The position numbers and the translations under genes are program-made. DNA of 64,000 nt, taken from Nitrosopumilaceae archaeon (GTDB lineage Archaea > Thermoproteota > Nitrososphaeria > Nitrososphaerales > Nitrosopumilaceae). The DNA is taken from positions 640,001-704,000 of the forward strand of contig OZ242376.1 of assembly GCA_965209085.1 (NCBI GenBank). Reading direction: 5' to 3'. Within the stretch, counting starts at the first letter, position 1; every line of letters begins with the position of its first letter. Below are positions 10,841-21,430 of this stretch, in pieces. The notes under the pieces are model-generated. The model was not told the origin of the DNA, did no database searches, and worked only from the letters and a program-made list of their open reading frames with translations.

Positions 10841-12008
10841 TCTGTCTTTCCTCCTCCATTGATAACAGCTCATCAAGTATGCCTAAAACCTTTTGCACTT
10901 GCACCTGCGAGATTGAAAGCGGCGGAAGAAAACGCAGTACGTTTCTTCCGGAATACAGCAACAGTACGCCTTTTTTTATACCATCCATGAGAATATCCTT
11001 TACATCAAATTTCAACTCTACGCCAATCATCAGCCCCATGCCGCGCACCTCTCTGATTATGGAATGTTTTTTTGCCAGCTTTTTTAAACCGTCAATTAAA
11101 ATCCCTCCAACGAATGCAGCATTATCTATTAGAGCATCCTCTTTAAGCGATGTAATTGCAGCACTAGCTGCGGCACACGCAAGCGGATTTCCGCCAAACG
11201 TCGAGGAGTGCTCGCCTTTTGACATTGATGCAATAATTTCAGGTTTTACAAGAGTTGCCCCCATTGGAACCCCGCCTGCAATTCCTTTAGCAATGCATAA
11301 AATATCCGGTATGGTATTCCAGTGCTCGCATGCCCACATGCGCCCCGTACGGCCAAGACCGCACTGTATCTCATCAAAGACTAGCAACGCTCCTCTCTTA
11401 TCGCATATTTTCCGTGCCTCTTGTAAAAATCCCTCAGGAGCTACATGAATTCCACTCTCTCCCTGGATTGGCTCCATTATCACCATTGCAGTCTCATCAT
11501 TTACTGCATTTTGCAGCGCATCTGTATTGCCAAAGGGCACAAACTCGACTTTATCAACTAGGGGTGCAAAGCTTTTCCTATACTTTGGATTAAACGTCAG
11601 TGAGAGCGCCCCCATGGATTTTCCATGATATGATCCCCTCATTGCAACCATGTGTTTCTTACCTGTATACTTGCGGGCAAATTTTATGGCAGCCTCTACA
11701 GCTTCGGCCCCGCTGTTGTTTAGGTGAACCTGTGATAGGCCCTCCGGCGCCATTGAAATCAGTTTTTTCAAAAACCGCAGGCGGGTGGTATTATACATTG
11801 AGCCGTGCACGGTGATAATCTCATCCAACTGTTCCCGGAGCGCCTTTACAACGCGCTCGTTTCTATGACCAACAAGGGCTACGCCATACCCGCCCATGCA
11901 GTCGATGTATTCTTTTCCACTCTCATCCCAGACGATGGAGCCTTTGCCTTTGCGTATTGTAACTGGAAATTTCTGATACAAATTTCCCATAAATTCCTCC
12001 TCACTCAT
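10830..12008 (-). CDS. lysJ: [LysW]-aminoadipate/glutamate semialdehyde aminotransferase (LysJ/ArgD)
   Basis: Class III aminotransferase motifs NSGAEAVEAA, EPIQGESG, DEIQCGLGRTG, AKG, TFGGNP. Start taken as MSEEEF. Confidence 0.9.
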   Translation of the reverse strand: MSEEEFMGNLYQKFPVTIRKGKGSIVWDESGKEYIDCMGGYGVALVGHRNERVVKALREQLDEIITVHGSMYNTTRLRFLKKLISMAPEGLSQVHLNNSGAEAVEAAIKFARKYTGKKHMVAMRGSYHGKSMGALSLTFNPKYRKSFAPLVDKVEFVPFGNTDALQNAVNDETAMVIMEPIQGESGIHVAPEGFLQEARKICDKRGALLVFDEIQCGLGRTGRMWACEHWNTIPDILCIAKGIAGGVPMGATLVKPEIIASMSKGEHSSTFGGNPLACAAASAAITSLKEDALIDNAAFVGGILIDGLKKLAKKHSIIREVRGMGLMIGVELKFDVKDILMDGIKKGVLLLYSGRNVLRFLPPLSISQVQVQKVLGILDELLSMEEERQNAK

Positions 12009-12808
12009 TGCTCTATCACCGTGCATTCCCTGTGATTAAGAGCAGCTGAGATTGGATTTTCCCTCTTGCCGTTTGCAATCAGTGCCTCGCCCACGCCCAT
12101 TTCAATTGCCTCAGTTGATGCCAATATTTTTTTTTCCATTCCAGGACCAATTGTGGGTATAATCTCTTTTGCGCGCTTTAAATTCAGATGCTTTACAAGA
12201 TTTTTCTCACCATCCAACAATCCGTCCACGTTTGTGATGAAAATGACGCATTTTGATTTTGTAGCACCTGCAATGTATGCTGCCGCCCTGTCCCCGTCCA
12301 CGTTTAAAAAATCCGACTCCTCACTTGCTGCCACAGGTGAGATTACGGGGACCATTTTATTTTCCACCAGATATTTTAAAAAATTGGAATTTACCCCAGT
12401 TATCCTGCCAGTATATCCGCCATCAATTGCCTGCTTTCTCCCCTTTTCGTTTACGATGAGCAGCCGTTTTTTGCGCTCTGCCTGTATCAGGCGTCCGTCA
12501 ATTCCTGAGAGTCCGACTGCGTTTATGCCGTTTTTCTGCAAAATCCGCACAATGTTTTTGCCAATGCGGCCTGCCATTACCATTGTAAATATCTCCGATG
12601 TCCGCATATCCGTATACCTGCTCTTTATTCCGCTCGGGGATGTGACAAATTCCGGTTTCACTCCTAGCTGTAATGATACCCGGCTTACCTCTTTTGCCCC
12701 CCCGTGAACTAAAATTAGACCCTGCTTGAGGGCGGTTTTTTTCATATCATCAATGACTGATTCGTGCAGCTCATCTACAACACTGCCGCCTATCTTTATT
12801 GTAATCAT
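12005..12808 (-). CDS. lysZ: [LysW]-aminoadipate/glutamate kinase (LysZ/ArgB)
   Basis: MITIKIGGS, VHGG, SRYTD, NVDGDRAA, GMEKK. Confidence 0.9.
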   Translation of the reverse strand: MITIKIGGSVVDELHESVIDDMKKTALKQGLILVHGGAKEVSRVSLQLGVKPEFVTSPSGIKSRYTDMRTSEIFTMVMAGRIGKNIVRILQKNGINAVGLSGIDGRLIQAERKKRLLIVNEKGRKQAIDGGYTGRITGVNSNFLKYLVENKMVPVISPVAASEESDFLNVDGDRAAAYIAGATKSKCVIFITNVDGLLDGEKNLVKHLNLKRAKEIIPTIGPGMEKKILASTEAIEMGVGEALIANGKRENPISAALNHRECTVIEQ

Positions 12809-12812
12809 TATT

Positions 12813-13859
12813 TTACACCGGCGTGAGCGGAGTATATGATATACCCGTTGCCTCATCAAGTCCAAACATTACGTTCATGTTTTGAATTGCAGAGCCTGCC
12901 GCTCCTTTCATAAGATTATCCGATGCTGAGAGTACCACCAAACGGTTGTTATCCCTGTCAATGTCAAAACCAATGTCGCAAAAATTCGAGCCTACAAGGA
13001 ATTTTGGATCCGGAAATTTGTAGAGTCCTTTTTTATCCCGTATCAGCCGAATGTGTCTCTCATTACCGTACGCTGCGCGGTATATCTTCCAAATCTCTTT
13101 TTCATCAATGTCTTTTTTCAAAAACGTATGACTGGTGCACAAAATACCCCGGACCACATCAACTGCGTGCGGACTCATTGCAACGCCAATCTTTTCTCCG
13201 GCAATCTCGCTTAGCTCCTGTTCTATCTCTCCGGTATGTCTGTGCCCTGAGGGTTTGTACGGGCGTATTACCCCCGCCCGCATGGCGTGCGCTGTCCCAG
13301 CACCGGCTCCGGCACCTGATGAGCCTATCTTTGAATCAACAATGATGTGTTTTGTATCAATAATATTCTCGCGAATCAGGGGGGCTAGTGCAAGCGTTGC
13401 AGTTACTGCCATGCATCCGGGGCATGATACAATTTTTGCATCTTTGATTTTATCGCGGTGCAGCTCAGGTATGCCAAAGACTGATTTGGCCAAATAGTCC
13501 GGATGCGGATGCTCCCAGCCGTACCACTTGCCGTAATCGTCCGGATTGTGCAGGCGGTAATCTGCACTCAGGTCAATTACCTTTGTGCCCAAATCGTAGA
13601 ATGTTTTTACAATTCCAGTTGCTGTTCCGTGCGGTACTGCGGTAAATACAACATCGCACTCTGATGATATTTTATCATAGTTTAGATCTGAAAATTTTAT
13701 GTCTGTAAACCCCTTTAGGCTCGGCTGTATCCTGTGAAGATACTCTCCGGCATGCTGCCTGGAAGTTACCGTTACAATCTCAGCTTTTGGGTGGTTTATC
13801 AGCAGCCTTATGGTCTCGCCTCCCACGTATCCTGAAGCTCCAATTATGCCCACTTTCAT
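12813..13859 (-). CDS. lysY: [LysW]-aminoadipate/glutamyl-phosphate reductase (LysY/ArgC)
   Basis: GASGYVGGE, DLSADYRL, CPGC, HRH..EI, DNLMKGAAG. Confidence 0.9.
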   Translation of the reverse strand: MKVGIIGASGYVGGETIRLLINHPKAEIVTVTSRQHAGEYLHRIQPSLKGFTDIKFSDLNYDKISSECDVVFTAVPHGTATGIVKTFYDLGTKVIDLSADYRLHNPDDYGKWYGWEHPHPDYLAKSVFGIPELHRDKIKDAKIVSCPGCMAVTATLALAPLIRENIIDTKHIIVDSKIGSSGAGAGAGTAHAMRAGVIRPYKPSGHRHTGEIEQELSEIAGEKIGVAMSPHAVDVVRGILCTSHTFLKKDIDEKEIWKIYRAAYGNERHIRLIRDKKGLYKFPDPKFLVGSNFCDIGFDIDRDNNRLVVLSASDNLMKGAAGSAIQNMNVMFGLDEATGISYTPLTPV

Positions 13860-13905
13860 GGTTTGGATTCAAACATGGCTTAATTTATCTTAAAGGTGGG
13901 AGATA

Positions 13906-14802
13906 TTGATAAAAAGGCAAGAACTTGATAGCAATTCTAATGAAAAAAGGTTGATTGGATTGAGATCGCAAAAATTTACAAGAGATAAACTGGCTAGTCG
14001 GATGATTGTGGGGGATACTTTGGATTGTTTAGATAAGATACGCAAAAATAGTATAAAATTGATTGTTACGTCTCCACCATATAATATTGGCAAAGAATAT
14101 GAAAAACAGGAACAATTATCAAAATATTTGAAAAATCAAAAACATGTAATAACGAAATGTATTGATAAATTACGCAATGATGGATCAATGTGCTGGCAAG
14201 TTGGAAGTTTTATTGAAAATGGAGGCACCATACCGTTGGATGTGGTATTGTATTCAATATTTACTGATTTGGGTTTAAAGTTGCGTAATAGAGTAATATG
14301 GCATTTTGGTCATGGACTGCATTGTTCTAAAAGATTATCTGGCAGGTATGAAACAATTTTATGGTTCACAAAAACAGATGACTATACATTCAATTTAGAT
14401 CCCATACGCGTACCCTCAAAATATCCAAACAAGCGATATTTTTCAGGTAAGAAAAAAGGTCAGTTGAGCTGCAATCCGTTAGGCAAGAACCCATCTGACG
14501 TATGGGAGATACCAAATGTTAAACACAATCATGTTGAAAAAACAGAACATCCTGCACAATTTCCAGTGGAACTAGTTGAACGGCTAGTATTATCATTAAC
14601 CAACAAAGGCGACACTGTTTTGGATCCATATATGGGATCCGGGTCTAGCGCCATAGCTGCACTAAAACATAACCGTAAAAGTGTCGGTATTGAAAGAGAG
14701 AAAAAATATGTACAGATTATGAATAAACGATTAACGCTACTAGGTCAAAATAAGCTAGAAACACGACCTATGAATAAGCCAATACATGAGCCAAACAAGT
14801 GA
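13906..14802 (+). CDS. DNA methyltransferase, beta class (N4-C/N6-A), M.BglII-like
   Basis: TSPPYN (motif IV) precedes DPYMGSGS (motif I); HPAQFP; GKNPSDVW. Confidence 0.85.
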   Translation: MIKRQELDSNSNEKRLIGLRSQKFTRDKLASRMIVGDTLDCLDKIRKNSIKLIVTSPPYNIGKEYEKQEQLSKYLKNQKHVITKCIDKLRNDGSMCWQVGSFIENGGTIPLDVVLYSIFTDLGLKLRNRVIWHFGHGLHCSKRLSGRYETILWFTKTDDYTFNLDPIRVPSKYPNKRYFSGKKKGQLSCNPLGKNPSDVWEIPNVKHNHVEKTEHPAQFPVELVERLVLSLTNKGDTVLDPYMGSGSSAIAALKHNRKSVGIEREKKYVQIMNKRLTLLGQNKLETRPMNKPIHEPNK

Positions 14803-15295
14803 AAATCAAAGAGAGATATTCCAATCTAAAGGGGGTTTGAATGTAAGATACCTTGAAATTTCAAAAGAAATCGACATGGTGATATCTAACCGGGAGAAAA
14901 ATAAGATTGGCAGGAAATACCATGATCCAAAAAAACTGTACACGGATTTTAAAACAGCATTCGCAAAATTTGAATATGCAAAAGCGTTTTTGTCACTCAA
15001 AAAACAACTGAAATATCCAGCACGGGGAAATGGCAAGCAGATGGATTATTCCAAAGTTTGTGCGCTCAAAGTTCAATTTGGCAAATATTCATTCATGTTT
15101 TATGGCATGTCCAAATTTCAGCAGGCATGTGATGAAAATTTGATAAATGTCAGAATTGAAATTGTCGCAACTTGTGAGATGAACAAAGAGATGTCCGGCG
15201 GTGTGTCATATGAAGAACAGTTGGTAAATGACATAACGGCACCACATAGGCATTACCCATCAGCTCCTGTAAAGATTATAATGATAGAGCCATAG
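14786..15295 (+). CDS. BglII/BstYI-family restriction endonuclease, probably degenerate
   Basis: Overlaps the MTase. D-x-x-K...xVQFGKY motif resembles the BglII family, but has K where E-V-Q is expected. Confidence 0.6.
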   Translation: MSQTSENQREIFQSKGGLNVRYLEISKEIDMVISNREKNKIGRKYHDPKKLYTDFKTAFAKFEYAKAFLSLKKQLKYPARGNGKQMDYSKVCALKVQFGKYSFMFYGMSKFQQACDENLINVRIEIVATCEMNKEMSGGVSYEEQLVNDITAPHRHYPSAPVKIIMIEP

Positions 15296-15305
15296 ATCGC
15301 CCACA

Positions 15306-15515
15306 TTGACTTGTAATGGCAAATGCAAACCGTTTAAAAAAATACGGCAATATAATACACCTAATTCCAGATATTGTCAGAATTGCAACATATTCATGGA
15401 ATTGGATAGTGTTCTTTGCCCATGTTGTAATGGCCGGCTCAAAACACGTCCTAGGCACTCAAGCAGACGTAGAGCATATAATGAGAGAATGGGCATAAAT
15501 CTAAATATTGAATGA
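15306..15515 (+). CDS. Small Cys-rich (Zn-binding) protein
   Basis: CxxxC, CxxC, CPCC and RLKTRPR; resembles a small protein family common in thaumarchaea (from memory). Confidence 0.65.
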   Translation: MTCNGKCKPFKKIRQYNTPNSRYCQNCNIFMELDSVLCPCCNGRLKTRPRHSSRRRAYNERMGINLNIE

Positions 15516-15727
15516 ATTTCAAAATATGCATTCGTATCTATAAAGTCACAAGTTTGGAGAATCATAAAGTGATAAATTTAAACTGCGTAATGCAAGATAA
15601 CATTATGGAAAAAATAAAATCTGGGGCAATACATGAATAACTTTGATACCCTACTGATCATGATTCTCAAAAAATCCAAACTGTGATAAAATCCTGGCAC
15701 TCTACATTTACAGGATAATATTCTCAC

Positions 15728-16483
15728 TTATCGCAGTCCCCATCTGCGCATTATTCTATTCTCCAGCCTTGTAAATACGACTGCATCAACAATCATTCCA
15801 ATTACCATTATGACAAGCATTATGGCCATAACCTGTGATACATCAACTGTCTGTCTGCCAACGTTGAGCAAAAACCCAAGACCCAAAAATGAAAACAAAA
15901 TCTCAGCTCCAATTACGCCGCGCCACGCAAACGCCCATCCCTGCTTGAATCCTGAAAAAATATAGGGAAATGCTGCGGGAATTAAAACTGAAAAGACCAG
16001 TTTGTGCCCTCCTGCCCCCATATTGCGGGCAGCTTCAAGATAGTGCGGATCTATGTTTTTGACTCCAGAATGCGTGTTTATCGTAACTGCAAAAACGGCA
16101 CCTATTACAGTTACAAAAATAATTCCAGCATCTGTAACTCCAAACCATATGAGGGCAAGCGGTACCCATGCAACAGAGGGTATTGACTGCAAACCTAGCA
16201 CCAGCGAGCCGATAGTCTGATTTACAGTCTCCACGCGCGCCATGAGCACACCCAACACCACTCCGCCTATTATCGCCATGGAAAGACCTGCAATCAGACG
16301 AAGCAGGCTTGTAGCAATTCCATAAAACAAACTGCCATCAAGTGCGCCGTATGCTAAATCCTCGGCTATCTCATAGGGGGATGGAAATATCTGATCGGGC
16401 CAGAGATCAAAACTGGCAGTTATCTGCCAGAGTGCAATCACTGTGGAAAAAAATATGATTTTTTTAAACATGTGCGATGACAA
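15728..16483 (-). CDS. ABC transporter permease (sulfonate/nitrate/taurine type)
   Basis: Hydrophobic; QSIPSVAWVPLA, EAARNMGA (EAA loop), GLGFLL. Confidence 0.9.
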   Translation of the reverse strand: MSSHMFKKIIFFSTVIALWQITASFDLWPDQIFPSPYEIAEDLAYGALDGSLFYGIATSLLRLIAGLSMAIIGGVVLGVLMARVETVNQTIGSLVLGLQSIPSVAWVPLALIWFGVTDAGIIFVTVIGAVFAVTINTHSGVKNIDPHYLEAARNMGAGGHKLVFSVLIPAAFPYIFSGFKQGWAFAWRGVIGAEILFSFLGLGFLLNVGRQTVDVSQVMAIMLVIMVIGMIVDAVVFTRLENRIMRRWGLR

Positions 16484-17236
16484 TTATTTTGGCACCTCTG
16501 CAAGCTTTGCACGTATTTGTTTTTGTACATCAATAAGATTCTCATCCCCCGAATGCCTAGGTCTTGGAGCATCCACTTTGAATTCGCCCTTTACATATGC
16601 GGGTCTATTCCCAAAGACAATGATTCGCGTTCCAAGTACTGCCGCCTCTGCCACATTGTGCGTCACAAAGAGTATGGTCTTTTTTGTGCGCATCCAAATA
16701 TCCTGCATCTCCCCCAACAGATGATCCCTTGTTTGCGCATCCAAAGATGCAAACGGCTCATCCATGAGCAGCACGTCCGGATCCATTACAAGTGCGCGAG
16801 CTATGGCAACCCTTTGTTTCATGCCAGTGGAGAGCTGATACGTGTAATATTCTGCAAATTTATCCAACTGCATCATCTCAAGGTATCTTGCGGATATCTG
16901 CGTGCACTCTTTTTGCGGAATTCCGGAAATTTTCAGGCCAAACTCTACATTATCTTTTACCTTTAGCCACGGGAACAGCGCCCCCTCCTGAAACACCATT
17001 ATGCGGCCAGGTCCCGTACCCTCAACTATCTTGCCGTTTACCAAAATCTTACCGGAATCTGGTTTTTCAAGACCTGCTAGAATGCGCAAAAACGTGGATT
17101 TGCCACAGCCGGATGGACCAACAATGCAGACAAACTCTCCAGAATTTGCATCAAGACTAATCCCATCTATGGCCTTTAACACGTGCTTTTCATGCTTGAA
17201 ATATTTTACAATATCTCTTGCCTCTATCTCTGGCAT
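16484..17236 (-). CDS. ABC transporter ATP-binding protein
   Basis: GPSGCGKST, LSTGMKQR, LLMDEPF, VTH. Confidence 0.9.
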   Translation of the reverse strand: MPEIEARDIVKYFKHEKHVLKAIDGISLDANSGEFVCIVGPSGCGKSTFLRILAGLEKPDSGKILVNGKIVEGTGPGRIMVFQEGALFPWLKVKDNVEFGLKISGIPQKECTQISARYLEMMQLDKFAEYYTYQLSTGMKQRVAIARALVMDPDVLLMDEPFASLDAQTRDHLLGEMQDIWMRTKKTILFVTHNVAEAAVLGTRIIVFGNRPAYVKGEFKVDAPRPRHSGDENLIDVQKQIRAKLAEVPK

Positions 17237-18231
17237 TACTCTGCAACCTCTGTACTGTAATAAATTCCGTCAAGATTGTATTGCCCGCGTCCAAGATATC
17301 CCAAAGAATGGGCTCTGCTAGCAAACTCCTCAACTGACTCTGGAATAATATCCGATGTAATCTCTATTCTGGATAATGACTCTGATATAATCTCCTCTCT
17401 AAATGATGATCCAAATTCACGTTTTATAAATTCGTACAAAATCCTAGAACTCTCTTCGGGATTTTCATTTATCCATGATACTGATTCTTCATGCCCGTTT
17501 AGCCATCCCTGCACTATATGGGGATTCTCCATTACGTATTTTGTGCGCGCAACAAGCAGCACCGATGCAAACTTGCCATTATCCCACAGCTGACTCTCCT
17601 CAAATATTCTCACACCGTTTAAATCCTCCACCAAAAGTGTTGCCCAGGGTTCAGGAACCCACGCTGCATCAACATCGCCTTTTGAAAATAATGTATAAAT
17701 GTCCGGATTTGGAACATTAATCACGTATACTGTTCCGCCCCGTTCAGCTTCGGATAATCCATTCTCATGCAGGTGATATCTGAGTGAGACATCCTGCGTG
17801 TTTGCAATCTGCGGTGCTGCAACGCGCATTTTATCAAGTTTTGCAATAGAGTCAATACCTGAATCTGATTGTACCACAAAGCTTGCCCCGCCGCTTGCAG
17901 CGCCTCCAAGAATTACCACCTCGCCATCTGATCTGAGAAATCCGTTGACTGCCGGTCCTGGACCCACGTATGCCATATCTGATGATTTGGAAAATAACGA
18001 CTCTATTGCCTGCGGGCCGCTGTCATAAATTTTCAATTCAATATCAATATCGGGAATTTCTTTTGCAAAAATTCCTCGTTCCATACCTATTATGGGTGCA
18101 GCATGTCCTGCATTTGCAAATGCTGTAACGCGAAGGGCAGGTTTGGCATTATCTGATTCTTGAACATACATTGCTGTAGCAAAAAGTACAACAGCCAAAC
18201 TGATCCCCGTTATCACATACACAACTTTCAT
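17236..18231 (-). CDS. ABC transporter substrate-binding protein (SsuA-like)
   Basis: N-terminal anchor; YVGPGPA, PQIANTQD, WVPEPW. Confidence 0.85.
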   Translation of the reverse strand: MKVVYVITGISLAVVLFATAMYVQESDNAKPALRVTAFANAGHAAPIIGMERGIFAKEIPDIDIELKIYDSGPQAIESLFSKSSDMAYVGPGPAVNGFLRSDGEVVILGGAASGGASFVVQSDSGIDSIAKLDKMRVAAPQIANTQDVSLRYHLHENGLSEAERGGTVYVINVPNPDIYTLFSKGDVDAAWVPEPWATLLVEDLNGVRIFEESQLWDNGKFASVLLVARTKYVMENPHIVQGWLNGHEESVSWINENPEESSRILYEFIKREFGSSFREEIISESLSRIEITSDIIPESVEEFASRAHSLGYLGRGQYNLDGIYYSTEVAE

Positions 18232-18346
18232 AAAAAAAAGCGTATGCAGATCATTAAATAATGATCGGATTTTAGCTATAGCTTCATGTTTTAATAGCCA
18301 TCAGGCAGTTTGCATACAATGGTAAAAATACACAAGGTGATGAAAT

Positions 18347-19546
18347 ATGTCTAAAAAAGCGATACTTGCTTTTTCAGGCGGCCTTGATACCTCTGTGGTG
18401 GTAAAATATCTCTCCGAAGAGTACGGTCTTGATACAATTACCCTTACAGTGGATGTCGGACAGCAGGATGATTATCGCAAAGTTGCGGCAAAATCCAAAA
18501 AACTTGGGGCGATAAAACATGTGCACATTGATGCAAGAAATGAATTTGTAACAGATTACGTGTATTTGGCCATACAGGCAAACGCTCTATACCAGAAAAA
18601 ATATTCAATGGCAACTGCCCTTGCACGGCCGCTTATTGCAAAAAAACTGGTTGCCGTTGCCCGAAAAGAAAACGCGTCAGCTTTGGCACACGGGTGCTCT
18701 GGAAAGGGAAACGATCAAGTGCGGTTTGATAATACATTGCATGCGTACTCTAAACTGCCGGTAATTGCGCCGATAAGAGATTTAAACCTTGATAGAAAAA
18801 CAGAGCTTGCATTTGCAAAAAAACACGGCATAAAGATAGATGCGGTGGCAAAAAAATTCAGCATTGATCAAAATCTGTGGGGTCGGGCAATCGAGGGCGG
18901 AATAATGGAGGATGCATCAAATGAGCCCCCCAAGAGTGCGTTTGAATGGGTAAAAATAACTGATGCGCTTAAAAATCCCTCATACGTGCGGATTGGATTT
19001 TTCTGCGGCATACCTGTATCAGTTGACGGTAAAAAGATGAATCCGGTATCTCTTGTGGAATATTTGAATAATAAAGCCGGAGCTGCCGGAGTTGGCATAT
19101 CTGATCACATTGAGGATAGAATCGTTGGGATAAAATCGCGTGAAATCTACGAGGCGCCAGCTGCTGCATGCATAATAGAGGCCCACCGGGATCTTGAAAA
19201 AATGGTCCACACAAAACATCAGACGCGCTTCAAGGGTGCAGTTGATGAGCAGTGGGCCGAGATTGCGTATTCAGGATTGTGGGAGGATCCGCTGCGCAAT
19301 GACCTTGATGCATACCTTGTACAGAGCCAAAAACGCGTCACAGGAGAGGTAAAACTGCGCATGCATTATGGCAGTTTGCGGGTGGTGGGCCGCTCTTCAA
19401 AATATTCCCTATATGATGTTAAATCCTCCACGTACGGGGCAGATTCAACCTTTGATCAGCGTCTAGCTACTGGGTTTGTGACCCTTTGGGGTTTACAGTC
19501 AACAGAAGCTAATAAATTACAAGGTTCAAGGTCAGCAAAAATATGA
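18347..19546 (+). CDS. argG: Argininosuccinate synthase
   Basis: AFSGGLDTS, ALARP, HGCSGKGNDQVRF, SIDQNLWG, KSREIYEAP. Confidence 0.95.
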   Translation: MSKKAILAFSGGLDTSVVVKYLSEEYGLDTITLTVDVGQQDDYRKVAAKSKKLGAIKHVHIDARNEFVTDYVYLAIQANALYQKKYSMATALARPLIAKKLVAVARKENASALAHGCSGKGNDQVRFDNTLHAYSKLPVIAPIRDLNLDRKTELAFAKKHGIKIDAVAKKFSIDQNLWGRAIEGGIMEDASNEPPKSAFEWVKITDALKNPSYVRIGFFCGIPVSVDGKKMNPVSLVEYLNNKAGAAGVGISDHIEDRIVGIKSREIYEAPAAACIIEAHRDLEKMVHTKHQTRFKGAVDEQWAEIAYSGLWEDPLRNDLDAYLVQSQKRVTGEVKLRMHYGSLRVVGRSSKYSLYDVKSSTYGADSTFDQRLATGFVTLWGLQSTEANKLQGSRSAKI

Positions 19547-19710
19547 ACTGCCCAGAATGTGACGCTTCAATAAATGTCCCAAAAGATGCTGCAACAGGCG
19601 AGATTGTCTCCTGCCCTGACTGCGGAGCTGACTATGAGATATCCATAAAGGACGGTTCTAAAATGGAACTAAAAAAAGCAGAGAGCATAGGCGAAGACTG
19701 GGGAGAGTAA
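19543..19710 (+). CDS. lysW: LysW/ArgW carrier protein ending in canonical EDWGE (not in ORF track)
   Basis: Hand translation: MNCPECDASINVPKDAATGEIVSCPDCGADYEISIKDGSKMELKKAESIGEDWGE. Overlaps the argG stop and the next start. Confidence 0.92.
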   Translation: MNCPECDASINVPKDAATGEIVSCPDCGADYEISIKDGSKMELKKAESIGEDWGE

Positions 19711-20567
19711 TGTCCAAAATCAGCATCATCTTTGATAGACTGCGGATTGAGGAAAAATTACTCTCAAAACAGGCCTTGGATATGGGTCTGCAAGTTGAAA
19801 TGGTCGATGCCAAATCCTCGCATATTAATACTGACAATAAGGCAAATGATTTTGATTTTGGCGATGGCGCACTTGAGAGGTGCATTAGCTATTTTCGCGG
19901 CCTGCATTATACCGCATGCCTTGAATTTTTAAAAATTCCCGTGATAAACAAACTAGCTGTTGCTAGCGTGTGCGGGAATAAAATGATGATGACATTAAAG
20001 CTGGCCGAATATAAAATTCCATCACCTAGGACATTTTTTGCATTTACGCGCGAATCAGCATTGGAGATGGCAGATAATGCCGGATACCCGCTTGTGATAA
20101 AACCGCTTGTTGGAAGCTGGGGGCGGGGCGTTGCAAAAATATCCAACCGTGAAACGCTTGAAGCGGTAACTGAATCCAGGGATATATCTGATGGCGCATA
20201 CGATAGGATATACTATCTGCAGAAAATGGTAAAACGCCCCCCGCGCGATATACGCGTTATCACCGTGGGGGGGCGCGCAATTGCGGCAATGTATAGAAAA
20301 TCATCCGGAGGATTTAAGACAAACGTCGCACTTGGTGCTGACCCTGAACCGTGTAAAATAACAAAAGAGATGGAGGATTTGGCCGTAAAATCCTCTGATG
20401 CAGTGGGCGGCGGAATCTTAGGCGTTGACATGATGGAGGATGAAGAGCGCGGCCTTGTCGTACATGAAGTAAACAATACAGTCGAATTCAAAGGCATATC
20501 AAAGACCACTGAGATAAACATTCCAAAAGAAATGATAGAGTATCTTCTTTATTTCATTCGTAAATAG
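19710..20567 (+). CDS. lysX: LysX/ArgX ATP-grasp ligase (copy next to argG; ArgX by context)
   Basis: RIEEK, LERCISY, KPLVGSWGRG, RDIR, HEVNNTVEFK. Confidence 0.88.
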   Translation: MSKISIIFDRLRIEEKLLSKQALDMGLQVEMVDAKSSHINTDNKANDFDFGDGALERCISYFRGLHYTACLEFLKIPVINKLAVASVCGNKMMMTLKLAEYKIPSPRTFFAFTRESALEMADNAGYPLVIKPLVGSWGRGVAKISNRETLEAVTESRDISDGAYDRIYYLQKMVKRPPRDIRVITVGGRAIAAMYRKSSGGFKTNVALGADPEPCKITKEMEDLAVKSSDAVGGGILGVDMMEDEERGLVVHEVNNTVEFKGISKTTEINIPKEMIEYLLYFIRK

Positions 20568-20576
20568 CAGCGTACC

Positions 20577-21032
20577 TTAGAGCCTGCAATTTTTTCTCAT
20601 ATACTCTTGATGATATTCCTCTGCCTTGTAAAACTCGCCTGCGGGGAGAATCTGGGTTACTATGGCATCCTTGTGGACGCCTGATTCCGCAATGCGTTTT
20701 TTTACAGCATTTGCTATTTCCTGCTGTTTTGTATCGTGTGCAAATACAACGGATCTGTACTGTGTTCCGACATCCGGACCCTGTCTGTTGGGAGTTGTGG
20801 GATCATGGTTTGCCCAAAACACCTCTAGCAAATCCTCGTATGAGACTTTGTCCGGGTTGTAATCAATTTGGACTGATTCGGCATGTCCTGTTTTACCTGT
20901 GCATACTTGCTCATAGGTGGGATCTCCAAGATCGCCTCCGGCGTATCCTACAGCAGTGGATACAACTCCGGGAATCTTACCAAACACATGCTCTACGTGC
21001 CAAAAGCATCCTGCACCAAACGTGGCTCTCAC
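20577..21032 (-). CDS. msrA: Peptide methionine sulfoxide reductase MsrA
   Basis: [33 protein letters not shown]. Confidence 0.95.
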   Translation of the reverse strand: MRATFGAGCFWHVEHVFGKIPGVVSTAVGYAGGDLGDPTYEQVCTGKTGHAESVQIDYNPDKVSYEDLLEVFWANHDPTTPNRQGPDVGTQYRSVVFAHDTKQQEIANAVKKRIAESGVHKDAIVTQILPAGEFYKAEEYHQEYMRKNCRL

Positions 21033-21430
21033 ACAGTATGCACGTGCATATATCTAGTTTAAACTTGTTTATGCGGGGTTCTGTGTAATGCATGGGGGTT
21101 GTGCGTAGGTGTGTATTTTCGGGGGTTTTTGCTTTATATGTAAAATAGTGTGTAAATTCGGGGGTTGGTACAAGCATCACGTGGATATTTGCGATCAGGG
21201 TTTTTTTGAAATAGCGATCTAGTTTTAGACGAGTCAAACTCTTACGAAAATCATTAGATGTGAAATTTCAGGGTTTTTACAGAATCTGCGATCAGAAAGG
21301 TATGAATTCACCATTTGGTTATGAGATCTGTTTAACAATATGCCTACGAAAGTATCAATTTTGAGAGATTTTTTCATATATTAGATCGAAGTATGTGATT
21401 TTGGAAGATTTTCGATCAGAGTAGGGTATA

